DNA from: a virus
Lineage: Duplodnaviria > Caudoviricetes
DNA length: 32,336 nucleotides
Reading direction: 5' to 3' (one strand)
Virus record (IMG/VR): IMGVR_UViG_3300033067_000784
Span: 1-32,336 of that record
Made by a program: the position numbers and the translations under genes. Shown here piece after piece: positions 1 through 7,953 of this stretch. Under the pieces are notes generated by a model, which was not told the DNA's origin, did no database searches, and was given only the letters and a program-made list of their open reading frames with translations. Within the stretch, counting starts at the first letter, position 1. Every line of letters starts with the position of its first letter.

Positions 1-49
1 GCCGTGTCGAGGGTGAGGGTGATGGGTTGTTCCGCGTTCGTCTTCTCGG

Positions 50-553
50 TCACAGTGCCTCCACAGTTTGGGTACGGTTGAGTTTGTCAGGGTTGCGTGC
101 CATCCAGAATTCCGCCAGGCCCAGCGCGTCACACGCATCATTCCCCTTGTCCTGCTCGGGCGGGATCTGGAAGCGTCTGCGGATGTGATACGCCCGGTGT
201 TCCTTGTGCCTGCCGCGCGTCCACGTCGCGGGGTTCACGATTTCGATTTTCGGAATCCTCGCGAGCCTGAGAACGTGGTAGACGATTCCGAAGGCGATGT
301 GTTGAACGTTCTTGTTGCCGAACTCCGCACGCATGAAACTCGGGGGCTCTTCCACAATCGCGATGCGAATCGGTTCGTTGGCCTGCTCTTCCGCGAGTAG
401 TTCCGCGAGGTACCTGCCAATCTGGTGCGAGCGTTCGACTGCCTCTGCGCGGGAGTTGTCAGGCTTGACCACCTCGCAGCGGATGTACCTTCCCGCGTCA
501 GAAAAGATCGCGGCGCCGAGAGCGGTGGTGGACGGGTCGATTGAGATAATCAC
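50..553 (-). CDS. RuvC-like Holliday junction resolvase
   Basis: IISIDPSTTALG, IAIVEEP and DACDALGLA match the RuvC acidic catalytic motifs; GTG start at 553 overlaps the upstream stop and follows GGAAGG. Confidence 0.8.
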   Translation of the reverse strand: MIISIDPSTTALGAAIFSDAGRYIRCEVVKPDNSRAEAVERSHQIGRYLAELLAEEQANEPIRIAIVEEPPSFMRAEFGNKNVQHIAFGIVYHVLRLARIPKIEIVNPATWTRGRHKEHRAYHIRRRFQIPPEQDKGNDACDALGLAEFWMARNPDKLNRTQTVEAL

Positions 554-966
554 GCCGCACCTTCCACTCTGTCCGCAGCCCACGCCGCGAGGATTTGGTC
601 AGCGGTCACGGGATCGAGTGCGCGGTGCCGTTCCGTGAGTTCAATCATCGCTTCGCCGGTTGCCGAGTCGATGCACCACACCGGGAACTCTTTACACCGC
701 GCCGCGAGACAACCCGCGATAAGCTGCGCCGCGTAGCGTGGCTTCATCCGTAGCGAGTCCCACGCCCAATTGCCGACCCATGGGGTTCTGTATGCGTAGG
801 GAACCCTGAAACGGTGGATGCCTATTTTGTTGTCGTCGATGCTGTAACACGGCTCTGGAAGCACCATCGGTTCCAAGTCGATGACACCGCTGATGCAGAT
901 GCCGCCGATGCGACTTGCCGGGCTACCGTTCCGGGGATTGTTGATTTGGACCATCACGTCTATCAC
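550..966 (-). CDS. Hypothetical protein
   Basis: GTG start at 966 after GGAGG, coupled to both neighbours by 4-nt overlaps. Confidence 0.65.
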   Translation of the reverse strand: MIDVMVQINNPRNGSPASRIGGICISGVIDLEPMVLPEPCYSIDDNKIGIHRFRVPYAYRTPWVGNWAWDSLRMKPRYAAQLIAGCLAARCKEFPVWCIDSATGEAMIELTERHRALDPVTADQILAAWAADRVEGAA

Positions 967-1286
967 GCCGCACCTCCACCCAAAAACTCGGGCGCCTTCG
1001 CCCGCGACTCCACCTGCCCCACTTCGCGCACCGTGTACCCACCGATGCACGCGACGCCGTTCCCGTCGTTCATGATGCCCGAGAGTTGAGTCACGGACTT
1101 CGTCACGCCGAGGTCGTAGAGCTTGCAGCGGAGTGCTTCCTGTCCGAGCACGTCGCCGACGCCCTCAATTCGGTACTTCGTCTTGATGCCCATGCGATGC
1201 TTCGCCTTGTTGGGTTTCTTTTGCAGGTGATCGCGTGCGCTGAGGATGCTCCTGAGTGCCAGGGCGGTTCGCTGGTTGGTCGTCAT
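963..1286 (-). CDS. Hypothetical basic protein
   Basis: ATG at 1286 overlaps the upstream stop (ATGA); fits the operon tiling. Confidence 0.6.
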   Translation of the reverse strand: MTTNQRTALALRSILSARDHLQKKPNKAKHRMGIKTKYRIEGVGDVLGQEALRCKLYDLGVTKSVTQLSGIMNDGNGVACIGGYTVREVGQVESRAKAPEFLGGGAA

Positions 1287-2200
1287 ACTCCACACATCCC
1301 TTCGCATTCGTTCTGCATTCCCATCAGGCCGGGGAATCGGAGTTGCCCCGCCTTGTCGTCGTTGTCGCGCAGGTCTACCTGATCAAGCGGGACGCATTGC
1401 CGGTGAACGTAGGGCAGGCCGATCAGTGGAAGGCGTCGCTTCTCTTGGCCTTCGATGTCCGCTACGCGGATGGCCCGATCAAAGCGGATGGCCCGATCCC
1501 ATTCCTCTGGGTGTTCATCGCGCAGGCGTCTCCACTCTTCGTTCGACTTGTAGGGGCAGAACACGCACGCCGAGCGCGGAAACGTCCGATGCGGGAACCA
1601 TTCCTCGGCCATGCGGATAACGGCCCAGCGGTCTAGCTTGCGATCAATCAGCGGGTACTCGTATTCGCACCACGGGATCTCAGGCGTCCGCATCCGCTGT
1701 CGCTCGTCAAAGCTGATACCGAAAACCTGTGTAACGTGCACGCCTTTTGGTGCACGCTGCCCATCTTTCAGGCCGAGCAGTTCGCGCCGGATGTAACGTT
1801 GAATCGGGACAATCTTGTATTCGGCTGTGCACTGGCGACGGATGATGCCTTGCGATCCGTCAGGGTTGAGAACGAACAGTGGAATCGATGCGTAACCGCG
1901 CCGGCCCGTCGATGCGTCTTCGTGGTATCGGTTGCGACGGAATGCGATCGCGTCCGCTTCGAGGTTGCCGTTCGACAGGCGAACGATCGGGGTCCGCTTC
2001 ACCTGCTTTTCGAGCCAATCAAGATGATCGTAAACCTCTTTCGGTTCGGCCATCGTGTCTGAGAACAGAGCCACGTCGACGGGTTCAATGTCGCCTCGAT
2101 CCGCCATGATGAGCAGGACGCTGCTTTGCGTGCCTGCGCCAAGGTTCAAAACTCGTTTCCTTCTGGTGGCTGCGATGGCTATTCGGGATTGAGGGGTCAT
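1283..2200 (-). CDS. PAPS reductase / adenine nucleotide alpha-hydrolase family protein
   Basis: PP-loop-like LNLGAGTQSS, FSDTMAE, RQCTAEYK, RSACVFCPY, C-terminal ECEGMCGV. Confidence 0.75.
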   Translation of the reverse strand: MTPQSRIAIAATRRKRVLNLGAGTQSSVLLIMADRGDIEPVDVALFSDTMAEPKEVYDHLDWLEKQVKRTPIVRLSNGNLEADAIAFRRNRYHEDASTGRRGYASIPLFVLNPDGSQGIIRRQCTAEYKIVPIQRYIRRELLGLKDGQRAPKGVHVTQVFGISFDERQRMRTPEIPWCEYEYPLIDRKLDRWAVIRMAEEWFPHRTFPRSACVFCPYKSNEEWRRLRDEHPEEWDRAIRFDRAIRVADIEGQEKRRLPLIGLPYVHRQCVPLDQVDLRDNDDKAGQLRFPGLMGMQNECEGMCGV

Positions 2201-3108
2201 GAGGCACCCATGAAAAGGTTTGCACTGCTCGCTTTCGTTCCATTCGCCCGTTCAAGATTTTTCAACGCCGCATCGTGGTATTCCGGCTTGAGTTCGAAGC
2301 CGTAGAACCGGCGAGGATCGCTTACGCACAGCTTCGTCTTTGGTGATTCGCCGCCAAGTGCGACGTAACCTTCGCTGCCGATTCCCGTGAATGGAGAGAA
2401 CACGATCTCTCCTGGATTCGAGTACAGAAGCACGAGCCTCCGGATCACTTCGAGTTGCAGCGGGCATATATGCTTGATGTCGTCTTCTCCGCGACCCTCT
2501 TTAACATTCAGCGTGTCGGTTTCGATGATGTCATCCCAGCACGATTCCGCCCACTTGATCCAATCGTTTCTGCTCACCTGTCCTGCCGTGTCGATCCTGA
2601 CTGCATTCTCTCCCGGCTTCCTGAACTTGATGAGGTAGTCGGGCAATGCGCCGCGTTGCTTGCATCGGTCGGATTCGAGGCCGGCAAATTGAAGCTCGCG
2701 AGACTTCGTTCTGATCGCCTGCGCCTGAGGGTTCTTTCTCACTGCCCAGTCGTATTCGTAGATGAACCCGGCCCGCTCTGCGATGCGAATGAGCATCCCG
2801 CGAAAGTCGAATAGACCTTGCCCGCCTGCCCGCTTCATTCTTGGAATCTGCATGACGTGCATGACGCACACGCGGCCCGGTTTGAGTACGCGAATGAGTT
2901 GCCGAGCGAAGAAACTGAAATGGATCTTCATCTCGCTTCGCAGGTCGTCACTGTTTCCGATGTCTGCCTCCTCGCTCGTGTACGCATAGAGCGCCGGGAA
3001 CGGCGGAGAGAACACAGACATATCTACGCTGTTCTCTGGCATCTGCGCCATGCCGGGAATGCAATCCCCGAGTTCGACGTGATGCGTTTGGTTTGGATTA
3101 AGTAGCAC
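2197..3108 (-). CDS. Site-specific DNA methyltransferase, N4/N6 family (beta motif order)
   Basis: GDC, catalytic FSPPF near the N-terminus, RVLKPGR, HICPLQ, SAM-binding SPFTGIGSEG near the C-terminus. Confidence 0.9.
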   Translation of the reverse strand: MLLNPNQTHHVELGDCIPGMAQMPENSVDMSVFSPPFPALYAYTSEEADIGNSDDLRSEMKIHFSFFARQLIRVLKPGRVCVMHVMQIPRMKRAGGQGLFDFRGMLIRIAERAGFIYEYDWAVRKNPQAQAIRTKSRELQFAGLESDRCKQRGALPDYLIKFRKPGENAVRIDTAGQVSRNDWIKWAESCWDDIIETDTLNVKEGRGEDDIKHICPLQLEVIRRLVLLYSNPGEIVFSPFTGIGSEGYVALGGESPKTKLCVSDPRRFYGFELKPEYHDAALKNLERANGTKASSANLFMGAS

Positions 3109-4609
3109 TGCGACTCTCCTTAAAGATTGCTTCCTGCTGTTCGGTGTCTTGTTGAACGCGCTTCGCCTTGTCCAGAACGGTCTGGATCATGGGTCGTTCC
3201 AAGTCTGTTACTGGTATGTGCACGTTGAGCGGTCGAGTTGATCCGTATCGGTTGGACCGCTTCACGCACTGGTAATAGGTTTCGTAACTGTCCTGCAATC
3301 CGCTGAATACTTGCCGCGTTGCGATCTGCAGGTTCAGGCCGAACCCGAGAATCTTTCCCTTGCTGATGAGCACCTTCCGCCGCCCTGCCTTGAAGTCCTC
3401 TATCAGTTGCAGCCGCGTCTCGTGCGGTGTGTCTCCGTCAATGTTTGCCGCGCCGGGAATCTCCGCTGCGATCCGTTCCTGCTCGTCGTTGTAGATGCAC
3501 CAGATGATCGTCGATTCATCGGGCCATGAGTCGACAAGCGATTTGATGTATGCGGGCTTCGCTGTATCAACCCGCTCGCCTTTGTGGGTTCCCTTCGCAA
3601 GCTGCGCCATCTTCGTTCGCTTCGTGATTCCGCCTGATGCTGCCTGAACAAACATCGTTCCGGTTCCCTCAAGTGCGAGGCTCGTCTGCTCGGCTGTGAG
3701 CGGGACGTCATGGATGTGAACATGAATCGGCGGGATATTTTCGCAGTTGTCTTTCCATCCGTAGGTGTTCGGGTTCGTGAGAAAGATCGACCAGTGCGAG
3801 AGTGCCCGATAGAACGGTCCGAGAGCGTGCGGCTTAAGTTCCCATCGATTGTCTGTCTGTCCACGGTTAACGAAGAATCGAGCCAGGAACGCATTCACGG
3901 TCGGATACTGATCCAGGAATACCGCGTGATTCGCGTACTCGATTCGATCGTTCGGAGCGGGTGTGCCGGTGAGGCACAGTTTCCAGTCAATCCCTTTGCC
4001 GAGTCGGATACACGTCTGCGCCCATTTTCCGTAAGCCGACTTCAACATAGACGATTCGTCTAGAACCATTCCCGCGAGCCGCCCCGGTTCAACGTCATCC
4101 GTCAATGCGTCATAGTTGGTGATGCCGATCTTCGCCGTGCCGCTCGCGAGCCAATGATTCAGATCCTTCGCGTGAACGTGATCGATCAGCGGGTAATCGT
4201 TGCCGTAGAACTTCACCGCCTCTGCGATCATTTGGGGAATGACCATTAACGGGGTGACGATCAATACGCATCGGCCCGCGTCGATTTCAGACGCAACATG
4301 CTTCGCGTACTCGAGTGCGATCAATGCTTTGCCCAATCCGCAGTCGGCGAACACGGCGAACTTTCCACGCTCGATCGACATTCGCGTGATGTCGGCTTGG
4401 TAATCAAACAGGAATGACGCGGGGTTGTATTTCGTTTTCGCTCGCCGCTTAACCTTCATCCCGATTTCCGCTGCGTACTCTGCCGGGAATATCGCGGTCC
4501 GCCCCGAGAACTTGAATCGCGGCAGAGACTTCACGGCGAGGAACTTTCGATAATCGTCCACGCTGTTCAGGTCTAATCCGTAGGTCATGGTTGATAGCTG
4601 ATTGGTCAC
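3098..4609 (-). CDS. SNF2-like superfamily 2 helicase
   Basis: FADCGLGK (motif I), LDESS (II), LTGTP (III), GFGLNLQ (V), QCVKRSNRYG (VI); GTG start at 4609 inferred from overlap. Confidence 0.85.
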   Translation of the reverse strand: MTNQLSTMTYGLDLNSVDDYRKFLAVKSLPRFKFSGRTAIFPAEYAAEIGMKVKRRAKTKYNPASFLFDYQADITRMSIERGKFAVFADCGLGKALIALEYAKHVASEIDAGRCVLIVTPLMVIPQMIAEAVKFYGNDYPLIDHVHAKDLNHWLASGTAKIGITNYDALTDDVEPGRLAGMVLDESSMLKSAYGKWAQTCIRLGKGIDWKLCLTGTPAPNDRIEYANHAVFLDQYPTVNAFLARFFVNRGQTDNRWELKPHALGPFYRALSHWSIFLTNPNTYGWKDNCENIPPIHVHIHDVPLTAEQTSLALEGTGTMFVQAASGGITKRTKMAQLAKGTHKGERVDTAKPAYIKSLVDSWPDESTIIWCIYNDEQERIAAEIPGAANIDGDTPHETRLQLIEDFKAGRRKVLISKGKILGFGLNLQIATRQVFSGLQDSYETYYQCVKRSNRYGSTRPLNVHIPVTDLERPMIQTVLDKAKRVQQDTEQQEAIFKESRSAT

Positions 4610-4986
4610 GCTGCACCCGCTTTCGATTGAATGGACTTCGCGTAGTCGGGGAAGTAGTGCCACACGACGTCAGCGTATTGATGGTCGCGGAGCATCCGTT
4701 GCTTGGCAGACCGGCAGCCTTGCAGGACGGTCGTATGGTCGCGGCCACCCAGAGCCAAGCCGATTTCCGCGAACGTCAGTTTCGTCTGATGCCGAGCGAG
4801 AGCGCCCACGAGTTGGCGTGCCTCTGCGTATCGCCGCGAACGTGACTTGCTGATGACTTCGACGCGCGTCACGCCCATGATGTCGCAGACTTGGGCGATG
4901 ATGGTGTCGAGCGTCTGGTATCCGGTGAGCGCGACCTGCTCGCGTGTCGGGTGGACCCAGCCGCATTGGGGGCATGGGGTGTTCAT
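4606..4986 (-). CDS. Stand-alone DnaA C-terminal (domain IV) HTH protein
   Basis: SKSRSRRYAEARQ...TFAEIGLALGGRDHTTVL is the DnaA domain IV signature; N-terminal CPQC. Confidence 0.85.
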   Translation of the reverse strand: MNTPCPQCGWVHPTREQVALTGYQTLDTIIAQVCDIMGVTRVEVISKSRSRRYAEARQLVGALARHQTKLTFAEIGLALGGRDHTTVLQGCRSAKQRMLRDHQYADVVWHYFPDYAKSIQSKAGAA

Positions 4987-5372
4987 CGTGCCTCCACTGC
5001 TTCCCACTGGTACAGGTTGAACTCGACAACGCCTTCTGTGAGAGGCCGGTTGCGTGTGAACACAACTTGGTTTTCGTCCTCTCCGATGATCTCGTGAACG
5101 TCCACCTCATACGCACCGAACCGATAGAGCTTCAGTTTTGCGTATTCGGTTTGGTCGAACCACCGCCTCAGTTGATCGACAGAGCGACAGCCACAACCGA
5201 TGGACCAACCCGGCTGCAAGCGAATGTCTTTCACCTGCTGCCGATCGTGCATCACGTAGATCGGGCGAAGGCTCATATCGGGGTTTTCTCGCACCCAAAT
5301 GCGACTGAATCCGGGACGCCATGGCCCGCGTCCATCCGGTCCCTGCACTCGATAAACGATTTGATTGCTCAT
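4983..5372 (-). CDS. Hypothetical protein
   Basis: ATG at 5372 (MSNQIVYRVQGPDGRGPW) after GGAGG; ATGA overlap. Confidence 0.7.
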   Translation of the reverse strand: MSNQIVYRVQGPDGRGPWRPGFSRIWVRENPDMSLRPIYVMHDRQQVKDIRLQPGWSIGCGCRSVDQLRRWFDQTEYAKLKLYRFGAYEVDVHEIIGEDENQVVFTRNRPLTEGVVEFNLYQWEAVEAR

Positions 5373-5881
5373 CGTGCCTCCTGAAACAGTCCACCGCGCA
5401 CCAGGCCGTGCGCTCGTGCGTGCGCAGCCACCAGCGACGTCAGCCGTTTGGAACGCCGTAGCTCGTCCGTCTTGCGGTGCGGCGAGTAGCACCGGAACGC
5501 CTGCACGTCCGGTTCGAACTTCGCGATCTCTGCGCGGGCCAGCGTTTCGAAAGTCGCGTCGGACATGGCGGCGCAGATCGCTTCGTCCTCGTCCTGCTGC
5601 GCTTTGATGGCGTCGCGCTCGGCTTTGACGCGGAGGAAGTTGAGCTTGTCCCATGCTGCCACGTCCTGCTTAACAGGGGTCACGCCCCATTCGCGGAGGA
5701 TCTCGCGGGCCATGTCGCAGGTCGGAACGAACGGGTCAGACTTCATCCGCACTGCATCTATCGCATCCGCAACGGTTTGGTCCGCGTATCCTTCGAACTG
5801 AGACTCCCAAAACGACTGGAATCCATCCGGGAAACGGTCGCGGGGCCAATGGCTCAACGCTTTGTTGATTGCTTCTGCCAC
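5369..5881 (-). CDS. Hypothetical protein, possibly replication accessory / helicase loader
   Basis: Directly downstream of the initiator-like gene; function inferred from position only. Confidence 0.55.
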   Translation of the reverse strand: MAEAINKALSHWPRDRFPDGFQSFWESQFEGYADQTVADAIDAVRMKSDPFVPTCDMAREILREWGVTPVKQDVAAWDKLNFLRVKAERDAIKAQQDEDEAICAAMSDATFETLARAEIAKFEPDVQAFRCYSPHRKTDELRRSKRLTSLVAAHARAHGLVRGGLFQEAR

Positions 5882-6333
5882 GTTTTTTCACCTTTCTTTT
5901 CTGCGGGCGGGGCGGTCGAACTCGAACCCGCCCCCGAAAGCGCACTCGAATCACGTAATACGACAGACGAATAGGGCGCGCAACTGCGCGCAGCCTGCGC
6001 GCAACTGTTTTCAGAAGGCAGCGGACACTTCGGCGCGGTTCTCGTAGGCCACTTAGTATCAAGCACTTGCAGATAAGACTTGCCGTCGACGACGTAGAGG
6101 CGGACAAGGTTGGCTGACTCGACTTCAGCGAGCCAGCGGACAATGTTGACCTCACAGACCTTCGACAGTTGCAGTGGATAAAGTGTGGCCAGGAGAATCG
6201 ACGGCCGGGCATCGTGCAGCCCGTAGTCGTCAACCTTGTTGAGCAGGCGTCGGTAAAACACTTCTGCCTGCGCGTCGAGCAGGTTCACTCGCTCGCTCGT
6301 GATGATTCCTTCGCGGATGATGCGGCTAGGCAT
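5854..6333 (-). CDS. Phage replication initiator-like protein (N-terminal winged-helix type)
   Basis: MPSRIIREGIITSERVN...FYRRLLNKVDDYG...LVRLYVVDGKSYLQV resembles phage replisome-organiser N-termini. Confidence 0.7.
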   Translation of the reverse strand: MPSRIIREGIITSERVNLLDAQAEVFYRRLLNKVDDYGLHDARPSILLATLYPLQLSKVCEVNIVRWLAEVESANLVRLYVVDGKSYLQVLDTKWPTRTAPKCPLPSENSCAQAARSCAPYSSVVLRDSSALSGAGSSSTAPPAEKKGEKTWQKQSTKR

Positions 6334-6383
6334 TGCTGCCTCGCTTCGCCTGTCGCAGTACATCGTCAATCAGGAAGGCAATC

Positions 6384-6459
6384 AGAAAAAGAAAACCCGG
6401 ACACGGCTCTGCAAAGAAGCCGCGGCAAGGATGCCAGAGGCGTGTACCGTGTCCGGGTT
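6384..6459 (-). terminator. Long hairpin with U-tract upstream of the replication gene (attenuator or antisense RNA)
   Basis: Perfect 13-bp inverted repeat AACCCGGACACGG (6394-6406) / CCGTGTCCGGGTT (6447-6459), followed on the minus strand by TTCTTTTTCT. Confidence 0.7.
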
Positions 6460-6502
6460 GTGTCATAGAGCATCCGTACCGAGCGTCTTCTTTGCGCCCG
6501 CA

Positions 6503-6531
6503 ATGCTGCCGCGTGAAGCCTGCCGCGTCAA
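6503..6531 (-). promoter_or_regulatory. Putative sigma70 promoter
   Basis: TTGACG - 17 bp - CAGCAT on the minus strand; the -10 match is weak. Confidence 0.4.
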
Positions 6532-6594
6532 TCTAAAAATCTTGCCGCACGGTCGCAGCCTGATCGATTCCGATGATGTCTTGGGTTTCGGTCA

Positions 6595-6864
6595 TCACTT
6601 TTCGCTCTTCAAAAACGCGGGCTTGCCGGTGTTCACTTCGCCCCATGCCTTTTCCTTGATGAACTTCAATCCCTTTGGCCACCGTGCGAGGATCGCGTGA
6701 TTGAGCGCGCTCACCTGCTCGGGGCTGATGCGAGCTTGAATGCAATCGGCGTAAAAGCTGGCCATCAATAACCGAGTGACAGTCTTATCCTTCGCCGCAT
6801 TCATCGCGTTGCTGAAGTCCGAGTCGGCACTGTAGACGCGGGTGATCGTGATTTGGTCGCTCAT
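6595..6864 (-). CDS. Hypothetical protein
   Basis: ATG at 6864 with GAGGAG ribosome-binding site. Confidence 0.7.
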   Translation of the reverse strand: MSDQITITRVYSADSDFSNAMNAAKDKTVTRLLMASFYADCIQARISPEQVSALNHAILARWPKGLKFIKEKAWGEVNTGKPAFLKSEK

Positions 6865-6911
6865 CTGTTTCTCCTCAATCCCCGCCGCGCCGTCAAGCAC
6901 AGCGGGAGGGG

Positions 6912-7253
6912 TTATTCGTCGTCCTGCTCTTCGTCGCTCACCTTGCTCGTCTTCACCTTCGCCTTGTCGGTGTGCTCGATCGTCACCTCACGGCCACCGA
7001 CCGAGAACGCTTCAATCTTGAGCGACTTCGCGAGTTCGACCATCGCGTCATGCGCGGTGTCTTCCTTCGCCTTCGCTTCGTCGAGCGCCTCCTTTCGGTC
7101 GTCGCGGATCTTGATCCAGGACTTGGCCAGCTTGATGAGCTTGGCCTCCTCGGGCTTACTCTTGTCCAAGTCCGGGAACATATTGCCCTGTTCGCCGATC
7201 TCGGGTGCGTCCTCTACCGCAGTGCCGCCGCTTGAAATCCGTTCTCTTGCCAT
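6912..7253 (-). CDS. Hypothetical protein (coiled-coil, acidic tail)
   Basis: 113-aa ORF with GGAG ribosome-binding site and typical codon usage. Confidence 0.75.
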   Translation of the reverse strand: MARERISSGGTAVEDAPEIGEQGNMFPDLDKSKPEEAKLIKLAKSWIKIRDDRKEALDEAKAKEDTAHDAMVELAKSLKIEAFSVGGREVTIEHTDKAKVKTSKVSDEEQDDE

Positions 7254-7292
7254 CGCAAAACTCCATTGTTACGCGGCACCATCGCCGCTGAA

Positions 7293-7448
7293 TGACTTAG
7301 ACGGGAATCGAACCCGCTACAGAACTGACGAAAGGCTCCTGCGTGTCTGCACTCGCATTCACCCGCGTTTCTAAATCCAGAGCAACCCGGATTCTTCCAC
7401 GCTTCCCGCAAGGGTCGTCAGGCGTGTCACCGTCCACGCCGCTAAGTC
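7293..7448 (-). ncRNA. tRNA-like RNA with expanded anticodon domain, copy A
   Basis: Acceptor GACTTAG/CTAAGTC plus A, D-arm GCGT-GGACGGTGAC-ACGC, stem TGACGA/TCGTCA, T-arm GCGGG-TTCGATT-CCCGT; covaries with copy B. Confidence 0.85.
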
Positions 7449-7727
7449 AAAATGGCCAGCGTCCTTTACTTAGACGAGCCGCCAGGAGACGGCACCGGGC
7501 ATTACTCCCGGTATTTCTGGCACTAGTTAAAGCCGCCCCGCCGTTATCCGTTCGCAAGGTGTCTGCATTCCCCGGTTGCCCGGTGCATAGCGCCTCGCGT
7601 GTCTGGCATCGCTCGCGTTCTCCATCACTTGAGACGGCTTTCAGCTTTCGCTGCAGGGTCGTGGATGGTGCACTGAGGCCGAAGCCTCGCGACGGAACTG
7701 AAACTCGAACGGGGTAGCTCATGTCGT
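7449..7727 (-). ncRNA. Putative structured RNA leader upstream of copy A
   Basis: Minus-strand hairpins capped by cUUCGg, GAAA and GCAA tetraloops, plus an 11-bp long-range stem; no convincing ORF. Confidence 0.5.
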
Positions 7728-7937
7728 TTACTCAGACTTCACTGCAATGTTTTGTTCGTGTCGCCGCCGCTCTTCCTGTTGAATGCACTTAAGAGCGTCT
7801 TCGATTTGTTGAAGATGCTTCACTGCCTCTTCGTCTATTCCACCAACGCAAGCTAGCTCGCGAACTTCACGACTTTTGCGAAGATGTTGATGCAGGCGAA
7901 CGTGTTCCTCGGAGAGAATCTGAGCTGCGTAGTACAT
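7728..7937 (-). CDS. Hypothetical protein
   Basis: 69-aa ORF with AGGAAGG ribosome-binding site, after recT. Confidence 0.6.
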   Translation of the reverse strand: MYYAAQILSEEHVRLHQHLRKSREVRELACVGGIDEEAVKHLQQIEDALKCIQQEERRRHEQNIAVKSE

Positions 7938-7953
7938 CGCGTTATCCTTCCTT

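Noticed and set aside
7293-7448. Ordinary or intron-containing tRNA, tmRNA, or attP/attB remnant
   Set aside because: No U33/purine-37 anticodon loop can be formed; the insert is too short for a group I intron; there is no tag ORF or G3-U70 pair; the copies are diverged and covarying rather than identical att repeats
7452-7484. 5' half of a further tRNA (TGGCGGCTCGTCTAAGTAAAGGAC)
   Set aside because: No matching T-arm or acceptor 3' strand; folds equally well as a simple hairpin
7670-7705. Hammerhead ribozyme (CTGA...GAAA on the plus strand)
   Set aside because: The core CUGANGA is not matched; the feature is better explained as a minus-strand UUCG hairpin
7447-7722. 91-aa minus-strand ORF
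   Set aside because: No clear ribosome-binding site, atypical composition, and it overlaps strongly structured RNA
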